Below the pieces are notes generated by a model. The model was not told the origin of the DNA and made no database searches. It saw only the letters and a program-made list of their open reading frames with translations. Position numbers and translations under genes: made by a program. DNA of 23,866 nucleotides from Nitrospinaceae bacterium (GTDB taxonomy: Bacteria > Nitrospinota > Nitrospinia > Nitrospinales > VA-1), in contig JBHHVU010000048.1 of the NCBI GenBank assembly GCA_046754465.1, positions 1 to 23,866 on the forward strand. Reading direction: 5' to 3'. Shown piece by piece: positions 1-10,965 of this stretch; position 1 is the first letter of the stretch; every line of letters begins with the position of its first letter.

Positions 1-8
1 AAACATCA

Positions 9-1412
9 ATGCTGAAGAAACACGGTCAATTATTCCTTTCCACGCTTTTTATTTTCGATAGCCTTGCCATCCTCTCTTCCTGGTTGATGGCTTATTTCAT
101 CCGGTTCCATTTACAGATTGTTCCAGTGACCCACGGCATCCCGCCCGTGGAAACGTATTATGAGGCGCTGATCCCCATCTGGCTGGTTTTCATGGTCAAT
201 ATCAAGGCCTGCGATCTGTACCGGCCTTTGCGGGGAAAAACCAATACGGCGGAGTTTTTCACGATCCTCAGGGTGACTTCCACCTCCGTTCTGATGCTGA
301 CGGCCCTCACGTTTTTTTACCGGGAGTCCAGTTATTCCAGGATTGTGGCGGTGTATTTTTGGATTTTAGCCACACTGTTCATGGCGGTTTCCCATTGGCT
401 GGCCCGGAAAGTCCTGGTGATGATCCGTGGCCGGGGGTTGAATTTACACAATGTTCTGGTGGTCGGCGCGGGAGAGTTGGGCCAAACCGTCGTGAAAAAA
501 CTCGACCTGCACCCGGAAATCGGATTTCATGTGGTCGGTTTTTTGTCCCAGCACCCTGAAAAAATCGGGACCACCGTCAGCGGCCACACCATTCTGGGTC
601 TCTACAATGAGGTTTCCCGGGTCATCAAGGATCATGGAGTGGACCAGTTGTTTATCGCTCTACCTCTGCATGCCCACGAACGGCTGGAGCAGGTCATGAA
701 TTATCTGGGGACGGAAACCGTGGACGTCAAAGTGGTCCCCGACCTGCTGAGATACATGAACATTCAATCGGGGGTGGAAGAACTCGACGGACTACCCATC
801 GTGAATTTGGCGGAATCCCCGCTTTATGGGTGGAATGTCGTGATCAAGCGGACTTCGGATATTATCCTGTCCAGCCTGGCGCTCGTTATCACGGCGCCGG
901 TGATGTTGTCGATCATGCTGCTGATCAAACTGGAGTCGCGGGGACCGGTTTTTTTCCGTCAGGAACGGGTGGGACTTGACCGAAGGGTCTTTTCAATGCT
1001 TAAATTCCGGTCGATGAAGCCCGACGCGGAAAATTCCACCGGCCCCGTGTGGGCTCGGGAAGATGACGAGCGCCGAACCCGGGTCGGAACTTTTCTGCGC
1101 CGGACCAGCCTGGACGAGTTGCCGCAGTTGTTTAACGTGCTCAGGGGAGACATGAGCCTAGTGGGTCCCCGGCCCGAACGGCCCGTGTTCATCGATGATT
1201 TTAAGGATTCCATTCCCCATTACATGTTGCGGCTGAAGATGAAAGCGGGGTTGACCGGTTGGGCGCAGGTGAATGGCTGGCGGGGGAATACCTCTTTGCA
1301 AAAACGGATTGAGTGTGATTTGTATTATATTAATAACTGGTCGCTGGTGTTCGACTTGAAAATCATTCTGATGACTTTCTGGAAAGGTTTTATCAACCGG
1401 CATGCCTACTGA
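9..1412 (+). CDS. wcaJ: Undecaprenyl-phosphate glucose phosphotransferase (WcaJ/WbaP-type initiating phosphoglycosyl transferase)
   Basis: 467 aa with N-terminal TM helices, a Rossmann-like segment ([10 protein letters not shown]) and the C-terminal bacterial sugar transferase motifs KFRSM, [48 protein letters not shown]. Confidence 0.9.
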   Translation: MLKKHGQLFLSTLFIFDSLAILSSWLMAYFIRFHLQIVPVTHGIPPVETYYEALIPIWLVFMVNIKACDLYRPLRGKTNTAEFFTILRVTSTSVLMLTALTFFYRESSYSRIVAVYFWILATLFMAVSHWLARKVLVMIRGRGLNLHNVLVVGAGELGQTVVKKLDLHPEIGFHVVGFLSQHPEKIGTTVSGHTILGLYNEVSRVIKDHGVDQLFIALPLHAHERLEQVMNYLGTETVDVKVVPDLLRYMNIQSGVEELDGLPIVNLAESPLYGWNVVIKRTSDIILSSLALVITAPVMLSIMLLIKLESRGPVFFRQERVGLDRRVFSMLKFRSMKPDAENSTGPVWAREDDERRTRVGTFLRRTSLDELPQLFNVLRGDMSLVGPRPERPVFIDDFKDSIPHYMLRLKMKAGLTGWAQVNGWRGNTSLQKRIECDLYYINNWSLVFDLKIILMTFWKGFINRHAY

Positions 1413-2190
1413 GCCGAAAGTGATCGCGGTGATTCCGGCTCGCTGGGCATCGTCCCGGTTTCCAGGAAAACCCCTGGCGATAATCCTCGGTAAGCCCATG
1501 ATCCAATGGGTGGTGCAGCAGGCTGAAAAATGCCCGTCGGTGTCCGAGGTTCTGGTCGCGACCGATGATCAAAGAATTTTTGACGCGGTCCGGGGTTTTG
1601 GCGGCCAGGTGGTCATGACTTCCGGGGATCATCCCAGCGGGACCGACCGCGTGGCCGAGGCGGCGGCCGGCCTCGACTGCGATATCGTGGTCAATGTTCA
1701 AGGGGACGAACCGCTCATTCCTCCTGAAAATATTGACCTCGTGGTTCAGCCCCTGTTGAAGGATCCGCAGGCCGAGGTTTACACACTGGTTATGAAAATT
1801 GGACGTACAGAGGATATGTTCAATCCCAACGTCACCAAAGTGGTCCTCAACGGGCAGGGCTGCGCGCTTTATTTTTCCAGGGCTCCCATACCTTACGACC
1901 GCGATGGCTGGGCCGAAGCTACCCCCGCCCCAAACACCGAGCCGCCCCGAACCACGGTTTTATACGGATGGAAACATATCGGACTCTATGCTTACACCAA
2001 ATCCTTTCTCATGCAATTTAACGGTCTCCACGGCTCCCGGTTGGAAACGATCGAAAAACTGGAACAATTGCGGATTCTGGATAACGGGGGGACCATCCGC
2101 GCCGTGGAGACTGACAGAAATTCCATCGGCGTGGACCGCGAGGAAGACATTCCCATCGTCGAAGAAATTTTAAGGGCACTCCAACCCTGA
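1402..2190 (+). CDS. kdsB: 3-deoxy-manno-octulosonate cytidylyltransferase (CMP-Kdo synthetase)
   Basis: IPARWASSRFPGKPL, VATDD, SGTDR, VNVQGDEP, ALYFSRAPIP, KHIGLYAY, EKLEQLRIL motifs; overlaps the wcaJ end by 11 nt. Confidence 0.96.
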   Translation: MPTEPKVIAVIPARWASSRFPGKPLAIILGKPMIQWVVQQAEKCPSVSEVLVATDDQRIFDAVRGFGGQVVMTSGDHPSGTDRVAEAAAGLDCDIVVNVQGDEPLIPPENIDLVVQPLLKDPQAEVYTLVMKIGRTEDMFNPNVTKVVLNGQGCALYFSRAPIPYDRDGWAEATPAPNTEPPRTTVLYGWKHIGLYAYTKSFLMQFNGLHGSRLETIEKLEQLRILDNGGTIRAVETDRNSIGVDREEDIPIVEEILRALQP

Positions 2191-2207
2191 GGAACCGGAT
2201 CCATTGA

Positions 2208-3860
<1,653 letters not shown>

Positions 3861-3895
3861 CCCGAGCTTTTTCCTGAAAAAGGGAGGCCCACCTT

Positions 3896-4342
3896 TCAGG
3901 TGAAGGCGCGGATGATGTCCCGCTTGCCGATGATACCCACCAGGTGGTCTCCTTCCAGGACCGGGATGGTATGGATATCCTTTTCGGCCATCAGGGTGGC
4001 GATATCGCCGACTTCCGTTTCGGGCGATACGGATACGGCCGTGGAATGGTAAATATCCTCCACCTGGGTGCCGGTGAGCTTCTTGACGTCCGCCTCGAAT
4101 TTCTTTTCGCTTTCCAGGAAGAGGACGGCGTCGAACAGGGTGATGACGGTGGGAATATGAAGGTTCTTGTTTTGCTCGATCAGATCGCCCTGGGTCACGA
4201 TTCCGATCAACTTTTCTTCGTCATCGACCACGGGGACCCCATTGATCTTGTTGTCCAGGAACAGTTTGGACAATTCACTGATCGGTGTGTTCTTTTTAAC
4301 CGTGATGACCTTGCGGGTCATGATATCCTTGGCCGTGAGCAT
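3896..4342 (-). CDS. Stand-alone tandem CBS-domain protein
   Basis: AKDIMTRKVITV...INGVPVVDDEEKLIGIVTQGDLI and IHTIPVLEGDHLVGIIGKRDII are two CBS repeats. Start moved from 4402 to ATG 4342, which has a GGGAGG Shine-Dalgarno upstream on the minus strand. Confidence 0.9.
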   Translation of the reverse strand: MLTAKDIMTRKVITVKKNTPISELSKLFLDNKINGVPVVDDEEKLIGIVTQGDLIEQNKNLHIPTVITLFDAVLFLESEKKFEADVKKLTGTQVEDIYHSTAVSVSPETEVGDIATLMAEKDIHTIPVLEGDHLVGIIGKRDIIRAFT

Positions 4343-5573
4343 GCCTTTTTCCTCCCGAGGACAATCGCTTTGAGATGGATGGGACCCTTCGCCCAACCCC
4401 ATTCCTTAAACCTTCCAACGTGCCAGCGCAAAAAACTGAAACGCGGTCAAGAATTTGGAACTGTAAATCATTTTGCATTTTGTATACCAGCCCCGTCCCG
4501 ATGATAAACAATATGAGGTTGGGAATCCACACCGAAAAATAAGGATCGAGCACACCAATGAGTCCCAAGTTCTGGGCGCTTATCAGGAAAAAATAGTAGG
4601 TGAGGAGGATGCCCAGGCTGACGGCGAATCCTCCGGACCTGCCGGACCGGTGGGTCTGGATTCCCAGGGGAGCCCCGAAGATCCCGAATAACAGGCAGGC
4701 GAAGGGAATGGAGAATTTCTTGCTCAGTTCCACCGCCGGCGCGTAGGGTTTCAATCCCTGTTCCCGCAGGATCGCGATTTTTTGCAGGAGCCGGCTGAGA
4801 GAAAGTTCCCGGTCGCTGACCAGCGCGTTGGAGGCCGGCGGCGCCCGGCGGGGCAGTTTCACCGTCAAATCGTACCGTTTAAAATTGATGGTTTGATAAT
4901 GGTCCCGGCGGGTGCTCCGTTCGTGGAGCGTGCCGTTCTTGAGTCGCAGGGATACGCTGTGGGTCTCCGGATGGGGGCTCAGGATGCCCTCTTCGGCGGA
5001 GATGATCCGTGAGATTCCGGGCTGGCGCGTGTCGGCCAGGAAAATCCCTTTCAGGAGGGCAGGATCTTCACGCTCGCGGACATACAAAGTGAAATTATGA
5101 ATATCGCTGTTGAATACCCGGGGTTGGAGGTTGAAAGCGGACCGGTTGGTGAGCACGTCGAAGAGCAATTGCTTGTAAGAGGCGTTGCCCCAGGGGAGCG
5201 CGTAGAATATGACCATGGTGGCAAGGAGGTATGCCAGGCCGGAGAAAACCATCACCGGTTTCATCAGCCGCAGAAAGCTCCAGCCAGCGGTTTTCATGGC
5301 GGTCCATTCGCTGGCGGCGGAAAACTGGTTGAAAACCACTACGGACGCAACCAGAACGCTCATCGGAATGGTGACCGCCAGGTAAGCCGGAGAAAGATAA
5401 ACCATGAGCCGCGTCAATTCCAGGAAGGAAACGCCGCGGCTGACCACCATCTCCGCCATGAAAAGAAATTTATCGAGATAAAGAAACAGGGTAAAGGCTC
5501 CGGCGCTGATCCCGAATATTTTCAGCAATTCCCGGAATATGTATCGGTCGATGAGGATCATGGGGACGGTCAT
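4296..5573 (-). CDS. lptF: LPS export ABC transporter permease, LptF/LptG (YjgP/YjgQ) family, LptF-like
   Basis: LIDRYIFRELL N-terminus, SEWTAMKTAGWS, periplasmic region with ISAEEG and LKNG, KKFSIPFACLLFGIFGAPLG, VWIPNLI. Likely start ATG 5573 or 5561 rather than TTG 5702. Confidence 0.85.
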   Translation of the reverse strand: MTVPMILIDRYIFRELLKIFGISAGAFTLFLYLDKFLFMAEMVVSRGVSFLELTRLMVYLSPAYLAVTIPMSVLVASVVVFNQFSAASEWTAMKTAGWSFLRLMKPVMVFSGLAYLLATMVIFYALPWGNASYKQLLFDVLTNRSAFNLQPRVFNSDIHNFTLYVREREDPALLKGIFLADTRQPGISRIISAEEGILSPHPETHSVSLRLKNGTLHERSTRRDHYQTINFKRYDLTVKLPRRAPPASNALVSDRELSLSRLLQKIAILREQGLKPYAPAVELSKKFSIPFACLLFGIFGAPLGIQTHRSGRSGGFAVSLGILLTYYFFLISAQNLGLIGVLDPYFSVWIPNLILFIIGTGLVYKMQNDLQFQILDRVSVFCAGTLEGLRNGVGRRVPSISKRLSSGGKRHAHGQGYHDPQGHHG

Positions 5574-5707
5574 GGCGGGAATGTGATTTTGAATCGCCGG
5601 GAAATTTTTGGGATATCCACGCGGAAGGTCCTTCCTTGGCCGGGGACGCCATGGGTCAAAATCCCGGACGCCGCGGTACGGATGGATGGTTTCCCAGTTC
5701 AAAAGCT

Positions 5708-5736
5708 TTCACTATTGAAAGCGGATAAATTATACT
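5708..5736 (+). promoter_or_regulatory. Putative sigma70 promoter for lipA (TTCACT-17-TATACT)
   Basis: Plus strand TTCACT 5708-5713, 17-nt spacer, TATACT 5731-5736; its -10 overlaps the opposite-strand -10. Confidence 0.35.
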
Positions 5737-5757
5737 ATTACATGAGGTGTTTTTTAA
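5729..5757 (-). promoter_or_regulatory. Putative sigma70 promoter for lptF-CBS (TTAAAA-17-TATAAT)
   Basis: Minus strand: TTAAAA (5757-5752), 17-nt spacer, perfect TATAAT (5734-5729), in the divergent lptF/lipA gap. Confidence 0.45.
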
Positions 5758-5823
5758 CGCGGGGCTGAATTCCATTTCCAGAGGTCCTTCCGTTCATTCT
5801 TAAGGGGAGCCGCTTTTCGTCCA

Positions 5824-6720
5824 TTGCCTATGTCCCAATCAGAGTTTCCCGTTACCCGGCGTGTGAGACGTCTTCCGGATTGGCTGAAAGTTTCGCTGCC
5901 CAGGGGAGAGAAATATTTTCGGTTGAAGTCCCTGGTCCGCGAGTATGCGTTGCACACCGTCTGCGAATCGGCCTCGTGCCCCAATATCGGCGAGTGCTGG
6001 GATTCGGGCACGCTCACGTTGATGATCCTTGGCGGCTCATGCACCCGCGCCTGCGGGTTTTGCGATGTTCCCACGGGCCGGATGCAGGCTCCGGACCCCG
6101 GCGAACCCGAGGCCGCTGCCCGCATGCTCGCCCAATTGAACCTGCGTTACGCGGTCATCACCTCTGTCGACCGGGATGATCTTCCCGACGGCGGGTCGGC
6201 CCATTGGGCCAAGACCCTTCTGCGGATCAGGGAGGAATGCCCGGACCTGAAGGTGGAAGCCTTGATCCCCGACTTCAGGGGGGATCCCCGCCTGATTGGA
6301 AAAGTTTGTGAATCCCGTCCGGATGTGCTGGCCCACAACGTGGAGACCGTCGCCTCCCTTCAGTCCGGCGTCCGCCCGCAATGCCGGTACCAGTGGTCCC
6401 TGAATACTCTTTCCGTCGCGGCGAAAAAATTCGGTCTCGTGACCAAGAGCGGGCTCATGCTTGGGCTAGGAGAGAAACGGGAGGAGGTCATCCAGACCAT
6501 GAAAGACCTGGTGGCCACTGGTTGCCGGATACTTTCCCTGGGCCAGTACCTCAGACCTTCCCCCCAACATCTGGAAGTGGTGGAATACATCCATCCCGAC
6601 GTTTTCGCGGAATACCAGGAAATCGGCCGGTCCCTGGGACTGGATTCGGTGGAGGCCGGACCTCTCGTCCGCAGCTCCTATCATGCAGACATGCAGGCGA
6701 GGGCGGTGCTTTCAAGATAA
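5824..6720 (+). CDS. lipA: Lipoyl synthase (radical SAM)
   Basis: Auxiliary-cluster motif CESASCPNIGEC (CX4CX5C), radical SAM CTRACGFC, ITSVDRDDL, HNVETV, KSGLMLGLGE, GQYLRP, VRSSY. The start may be ATG 5830. Confidence 0.97.
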   Translation: MPMSQSEFPVTRRVRRLPDWLKVSLPRGEKYFRLKSLVREYALHTVCESASCPNIGECWDSGTLTLMILGGSCTRACGFCDVPTGRMQAPDPGEPEAAARMLAQLNLRYAVITSVDRDDLPDGGSAHWAKTLLRIREECPDLKVEALIPDFRGDPRLIGKVCESRPDVLAHNVETVASLQSGVRPQCRYQWSLNTLSVAAKKFGLVTKSGLMLGLGEKREEVIQTMKDLVATGCRILSLGQYLRPSPQHLEVVEYIHPDVFAEYQEIGRSLGLDSVEAGPLVRSSYHADMQARAVLSR

Positions 6721-6844
6721 ACCCAGCTCATCGAGCCGCATTCCGTCAATTTCCTCCTCACCTTTTACCCGGTCCGTCAACCGTGGTCTCCAGGAGAATT
6801 CCGAAAATCCCTTATTTTAGAGTTCCAATTTCGGATAGGGGATG

Positions 6845-6860
6845 CGGCACGTGGTTTGCT
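6845..6860 (+). promoter_or_regulatory. Sigma54 (-24/-12) promoter of the lytic transglycosylase gene
   Basis: CGGCACGTGGTTTGCT matches TGGCACG-N4-TTGCW with exact GG-N10-GC spacing, 48 nt upstream of ATG 6909. Confidence 0.75.
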
Positions 6861-6908
6861 TCTTTCTATATTCAAGGATGAAGGTGTCAAAGATTTAACG
6901 GGATTGGC

Positions 6909-7730
6909 ATGGACGATATTCAATCCATCAGCGGCGGCAATCTTGAGAAGCCTAGGGGAAAAGCGTCCCAGGGAGGGGGCACCCATATGCGGGACGCTTT
7001 GGCTTTTCAATCCATTCTTTTTCAGACCCAGCTCCGAATGCTTTCCGCCTGGAGCGATAGGGGCTCCAAACCGGAAGAGAGGGTCGATTTTTTCAGGGAA
7101 GCCCACTTGATTCTGGACCGGGCGATGCGCGAACGGGGGCTGGGGAGTTTGCCCGCAACGGGCCTGTTTGCAAATCCCAAGATTGCCGCGCAAAGATACG
7201 GCATCGAAGCCGCCCGAGCTTTTCTGAATGGGGAAACGGGGACTTCCCCGGCTTCCAATTTTTTGTCCCTGCCCGCCCTGGCGGCCCTGGCCGGGAAATC
7301 CCAGGGGATTCCGGAAACTTTTTTCCGGCGATTGATTCAAATCGAATCCGGATTCAATCCCGATGCGCTCAGTCCCACGGGTGCCATGGGTTTGGGGCAG
7401 TTGATGCCGGAAACCGCCAGGGAACTGGGTCTGAGAACCGGAGACGACCGGTCGGAGGGCTCGGTTTGGCATGCCGCTTCCAACCTGGAAGCCGCCGCCC
7501 GGTATTTGCGGTCCCTATACGGCCATTTTGCCAGCCGGGGAGTGGACCCTCGGGAAGGCTGGATTTTCGCGGCCGCGGCTTATCACGCGGGCATGGGCAA
7601 TATCGAAAAGGCGATGGAACGGCTGCAACCGAACGAGAATCCTCAATGGAACCGGGTCGCGGAGGAACTGCCCCATGTCACCGGTCCTTCCGCCCGGAAA
7701 ACGATTCAATATGTAGACCGTTTGCGTTGA
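6909..7730 (+). CDS. Lytic transglycosylase SLT-domain protein with an unassigned N-terminal region
   Basis: C-terminal SLT motifs IQIESGFNPDALSPTGAMGLGQLMPETA (catalytic Glu), NLEAAARYL, AAAAYHAG, TIQYV; no hydrophobic signal peptide visible. Confidence 0.85.
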   Translation: MDDIQSISGGNLEKPRGKASQGGGTHMRDALAFQSILFQTQLRMLSAWSDRGSKPEERVDFFREAHLILDRAMRERGLGSLPATGLFANPKIAAQRYGIEAARAFLNGETGTSPASNFLSLPALAALAGKSQGIPETFFRRLIQIESGFNPDALSPTGAMGLGQLMPETARELGLRTGDDRSEGSVWHAASNLEAAARYLRSLYGHFASRGVDPREGWIFAAAAYHAGMGNIEKAMERLQPNENPQWNRVAEELPHVTGPSARKTIQYVDRLR

Positions 7731-7743
7731 GCGATGCGCCGTC

Positions 7744-8895
7744 CTATTTTTTATCAAAACGGTTTAAAAGATCCTCCGCCTCTTTCTGGATTTTTCCCTC
7801 CCAATCGAATACAAACCTTTTTATATCCTCCCGTGTCGTTTGCAACAGGGAATCGCGGTACTTTCCATCCTCGATCAATCGATCGATTTTTTTTGCCAGG
7901 TCCCCGGGATGGTTGGGCGAAAAATGCTGTTCGGGGTTTCGCGCCACTTCCATGTTTTCCGGAATCGCGCTCACCAGGCAGGGGACCCCGCAGGTCATGG
8001 CTTCCAGGAGAGACTCGGACATCCCTTCGCGAAGCGAGGGAAATACATAAAGGTCTGATCCCTGGATCAAATCCAGCACATCCTCGCGCCAACCGGTGAA
8101 AATAGTTCGCCCGTCCACCGCCAGCCTTTCTGCCAGCCTCTGGAGTTCGGGGAGTTGCACGCCATCTCCAATGATCAAAAGAATGGTTTTGGGATGATTC
8201 AATTCCGCGAAGGTCTTCAGAAGGAAATCCAGATTTTTGTGCGGCTCCAAAACGGATGCCGTTGCGATAACAAATGCGTCCGGATTCAATGAAAATTCGC
8301 GGACAAGTTTTTCTCTTTTTTCGTTTTTCCTGAATGGAGAGAGAATGACGTTGTTGGGAAGAACTTTTATTTTTTCAAATTCCTTTCCGTAATGTTTCAC
8401 CCACTCCGTTTTGCTTCCCTGGGAATTGGCCAGGAGGTGGTCGGAAAATTTCAGCCCCCGTTTTTCCATCCATGTCTCGATATGGCTTAAGGACCGGTAG
8501 GTATCCCTGCAATCCGTATTGAATCTGGGTTTGGAGAGGAGGAGGGTCTGCATGGGAACTCGAGTGAACCATTTGGCGGGTGTGGAAAGTAACGCGTATA
8601 AGGGGGAGACAGCGGATAAAAAATCGACTTGTTCCTTAAGTCCCACCCAAAGAACATACCAGGGGGATACCAGGAAAAAATAGATCCAAAACGGCAAGGA
8701 ATCATGGTTCCGCGGAGATCCGGGCAAAAGGTGCGGCACCAAGTGGGGATGCGAATAGGGGAACGGCTCCACGGCGACGTAATGGACGTGCCAGCCCTTT
8801 TCCAGGTAGGCCTCGATTTGCATCCGCAGGCGTTTGCAGAACCCGCCGGGCTTGTGTTTGTAATAAACAGTGAGAATTTTAGGGGAGGTGGGCAT
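7744..8895 (-). CDS. Glycosyltransferase family 4 (GT-B fold)
   Basis: KNLDFLL, IIGDG, FTGWREDV, SDLYVFPSLREGMSESLLEAMTCGVP (EX7E motif). Confidence 0.9.
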   Translation of the reverse strand: MPTSPKILTVYYKHKPGGFCKRLRMQIEAYLEKGWHVHYVAVEPFPYSHPHLVPHLLPGSPRNHDSLPFWIYFFLVSPWYVLWVGLKEQVDFLSAVSPLYALLSTPAKWFTRVPMQTLLLSKPRFNTDCRDTYRSLSHIETWMEKRGLKFSDHLLANSQGSKTEWVKHYGKEFEKIKVLPNNVILSPFRKNEKREKLVREFSLNPDAFVIATASVLEPHKNLDFLLKTFAELNHPKTILLIIGDGVQLPELQRLAERLAVDGRTIFTGWREDVLDLIQGSDLYVFPSLREGMSESLLEAMTCGVPCLVSAIPENMEVARNPEQHFSPNHPGDLAKKIDRLIEDGKYRDSLLQTTREDIKRFVFDWEGKIQKEAEDLLNRFDKK

Positions 8896-8898
8896 GGG

Positions 8899-10866
8899 TT
8901 ATCCGTGGTTCCGCAGCCAGGCTTGAAACATCAGAACGTTCCAGAGGCTGTATTGCCAATTGCATGTCCCCGTCTTGTGAGAGGCCCAGATTTTGCGGAT
9001 GGGAGCAGGATTGAAAAACCCCTCCTGTTTTAATCGGGTTTCGTCCAGTAAATCCTCGGCCCAATCCCGGAGGGGGCCGGAAAGCCAGGCACCGATGGGA
9101 ACGCTGAATCCCATCTTGGGCCGGTCGGTCCACTTGGGGGGCAGGTACCGGTGGAGGACCTGTTTCAGGATCCACTTGCCTTGCCGGTTTCTGATCTTGA
9201 GCCCGGCTGGGATGCCGCAGGCGAATTCCACCACGCGATGATCGAGCAAGGGAATCCGGGTTTCAAGCCCTACGGCCATACTGGCCCGGTCGACCTTGGT
9301 GAGGATATCGTCGGGTAGAAAACTGACCGTGTCCACGAACATCATCCAGTGGGTGAAATCCGGACGCCGTTTCCAGGGAATCACCTGGTTGAGGATAGCC
9401 GCGGGTTCACGGGAATCCTTCACCAGCAATTCGGGTTCGTTCCAATAGGAAGTCAGGCCCCGGTAAAACGATTCCTGATCCTGGAAAGGAAGAAATTCCG
9501 CGAGTTTGTGCATCAGGTAGGCGGGCTGGGCCTGTCTCCATCTCGGTTGAACCCGGCCGATCCATGGGGAAGCCAGGCGGTTCCACCATGCCGGAGGTAC
9601 CGCTGAAAGGCTTTTTGATAAAAAGTTCCTGAAGGAATAGGGGAGCCGTCCCGCCGTTTTGCGCAACAGGCGTCCCAGTAAATACCGGTTGTATCCCGCG
9701 AAGAGTTCATCTCCCCCATCGCCGGAAAGGCTCACCGTCACGTGTTTCCGCGTCATCCGGGAAACCAGGAAGGTGGGAATCTGCGATGGGTCAGCGAAGG
9801 GTTCATCATAAATCATGGACAGACGCGGAATGATTTCCATGGCGGTTTCGGGCGTCACATACAGTTCGGTGTGATCGGTCCCGAGATATTTCGCCACGGC
9901 CCGGGCGTGGGGAGCCTCGTTGAAGTCCTTATCGTCAAACCCGATCGAGAAGGTCCGCACGGGCAAGGAACTCTGATCCTGCATCAGGGAAACAATCAGC
10001 GAGGAATCGACGCCTCCCGAAAGGAAAGCCCCCAGGGGAACGTCGGAGATCATTCGCAGCTTGACGGCGTCGCGAAGCAGGGTGTCCAGTTGTTTGATGG
10101 CTTCCGTTTCCGATCCCTGGAAGGGATTCTCCATCCCCCGTTCCATCGCCTCCCTGGCGGACCAGTAAGTGACGGGGGCCAATGGCACTCCGGGACGGGA
10201 ACCGTCCACGGTGAGCATGGTTCCGGGCAGGAGTTTATAAATTCCCTCGTAAATGGAATAAGGGGCGGGAACATGGTTGTGCCGCATCATCAGCGTCAGG
10301 GCGTTGCGATCGACCCTCCCCTGGAACCGGGGATGCTCCCTTAGCGCTTTCAGTTCGGAACCAAATAAAAAAGCCCCCTTCTGGTATCCATAATAAAGGG
10401 GTTTGATCCCCAGCCGGTCGCGGACCAGGTGCAGCCGCCGCTTTTCTCTGTCCCACAAGGCGAAGGCGAACATGCCGACCCATTGGTGTATAGTCTCCCA
10501 CAAGCCCCATCGCTCGACAGCCGCGAGAAGGACCTCGGTATCCGAATGCCCCCGAAACGCGGGGACAGTGTTTCTTGCGTCGCCGTTCGATTCCAGGTTT
10601 TGGCGCAGTTCTTTGAAATTGTAAATTTCTCCGTTGTAAACGATTACATAGCGTCCGCTCGCGGAAACCATGGGCTGATGTCCCTGGAGAGAGGTGTCCT
10701 GGACGGACAGGCGCCGATGCGCCAGGCCCACCCCCCCTTCGGGGTCGAACCAGGTTCCTCCGTCGTCAGGACCACGATGGGACAACGTGGCCCCCATCTT
10801 CCGGAGGCAGTCCAGCCCGGCGGGTTCAGTCCAATGGGGATCGAGAAAACCGGCGAGGCCGCACAT
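8899..10866 (-). CDS. asnB: Asparagine synthase (glutamine-hydrolysing) family amidotransferase, probably polysaccharide-associated
   Basis: Ntn N-terminus MCGLAG (start set at ATG 10866), HRGPD, LAHRRLS, YNGEIYN, SDTEV, RDRLGIKPLYY, FLSGGVDSS, LSGDGGDELFAGY, KVDRASMA, RPKMGF. Confidence 0.93.
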   Translation of the reverse strand: MCGLAGFLDPHWTEPAGLDCLRKMGATLSHRGPDDGGTWFDPEGGVGLAHRRLSVQDTSLQGHQPMVSASGRYVIVYNGEIYNFKELRQNLESNGDARNTVPAFRGHSDTEVLLAAVERWGLWETIHQWVGMFAFALWDREKRRLHLVRDRLGIKPLYYGYQKGAFLFGSELKALREHPRFQGRVDRNALTLMMRHNHVPAPYSIYEGIYKLLPGTMLTVDGSRPGVPLAPVTYWSAREAMERGMENPFQGSETEAIKQLDTLLRDAVKLRMISDVPLGAFLSGGVDSSLIVSLMQDQSSLPVRTFSIGFDDKDFNEAPHARAVAKYLGTDHTELYVTPETAMEIIPRLSMIYDEPFADPSQIPTFLVSRMTRKHVTVSLSGDGGDELFAGYNRYLLGRLLRKTAGRLPYSFRNFLSKSLSAVPPAWWNRLASPWIGRVQPRWRQAQPAYLMHKLAEFLPFQDQESFYRGLTSYWNEPELLVKDSREPAAILNQVIPWKRRPDFTHWMMFVDTVSFLPDDILTKVDRASMAVGLETRIPLLDHRVVEFACGIPAGLKIRNRQGKWILKQVLHRYLPPKWTDRPKMGFSVPIGAWLSGPLRDWAEDLLDETRLKQEGFFNPAPIRKIWASHKTGTCNWQYSLWNVLMFQAWLRNHG

Positions 10867-10965
10867 GGTCAATGGTTCTTGGAGGAGAGTCGATGAAAAA
10901 CAACGGGGGACGTATATTTTTTAGATTTATGAAAGTGTTGGGAAATTATCATGGATCGTAGGGTC

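Noticed and set aside
3867..3882. CTTTTT-CCTG-AAAAAG hairpin between convergent pyrG and CBS genes as a terminator
   Set aside because: The stem is almost all A-T and has no separate U-tract; too weak to call.
5574..5702. 43-aa N-terminal extension of LptF in the ORF track
   Set aside because: Family similarity begins at LIDRY; the extension looks like translated 5' UTR. The same applies to the track's longer starts for the CBS, lipoprotein and YejA genes.
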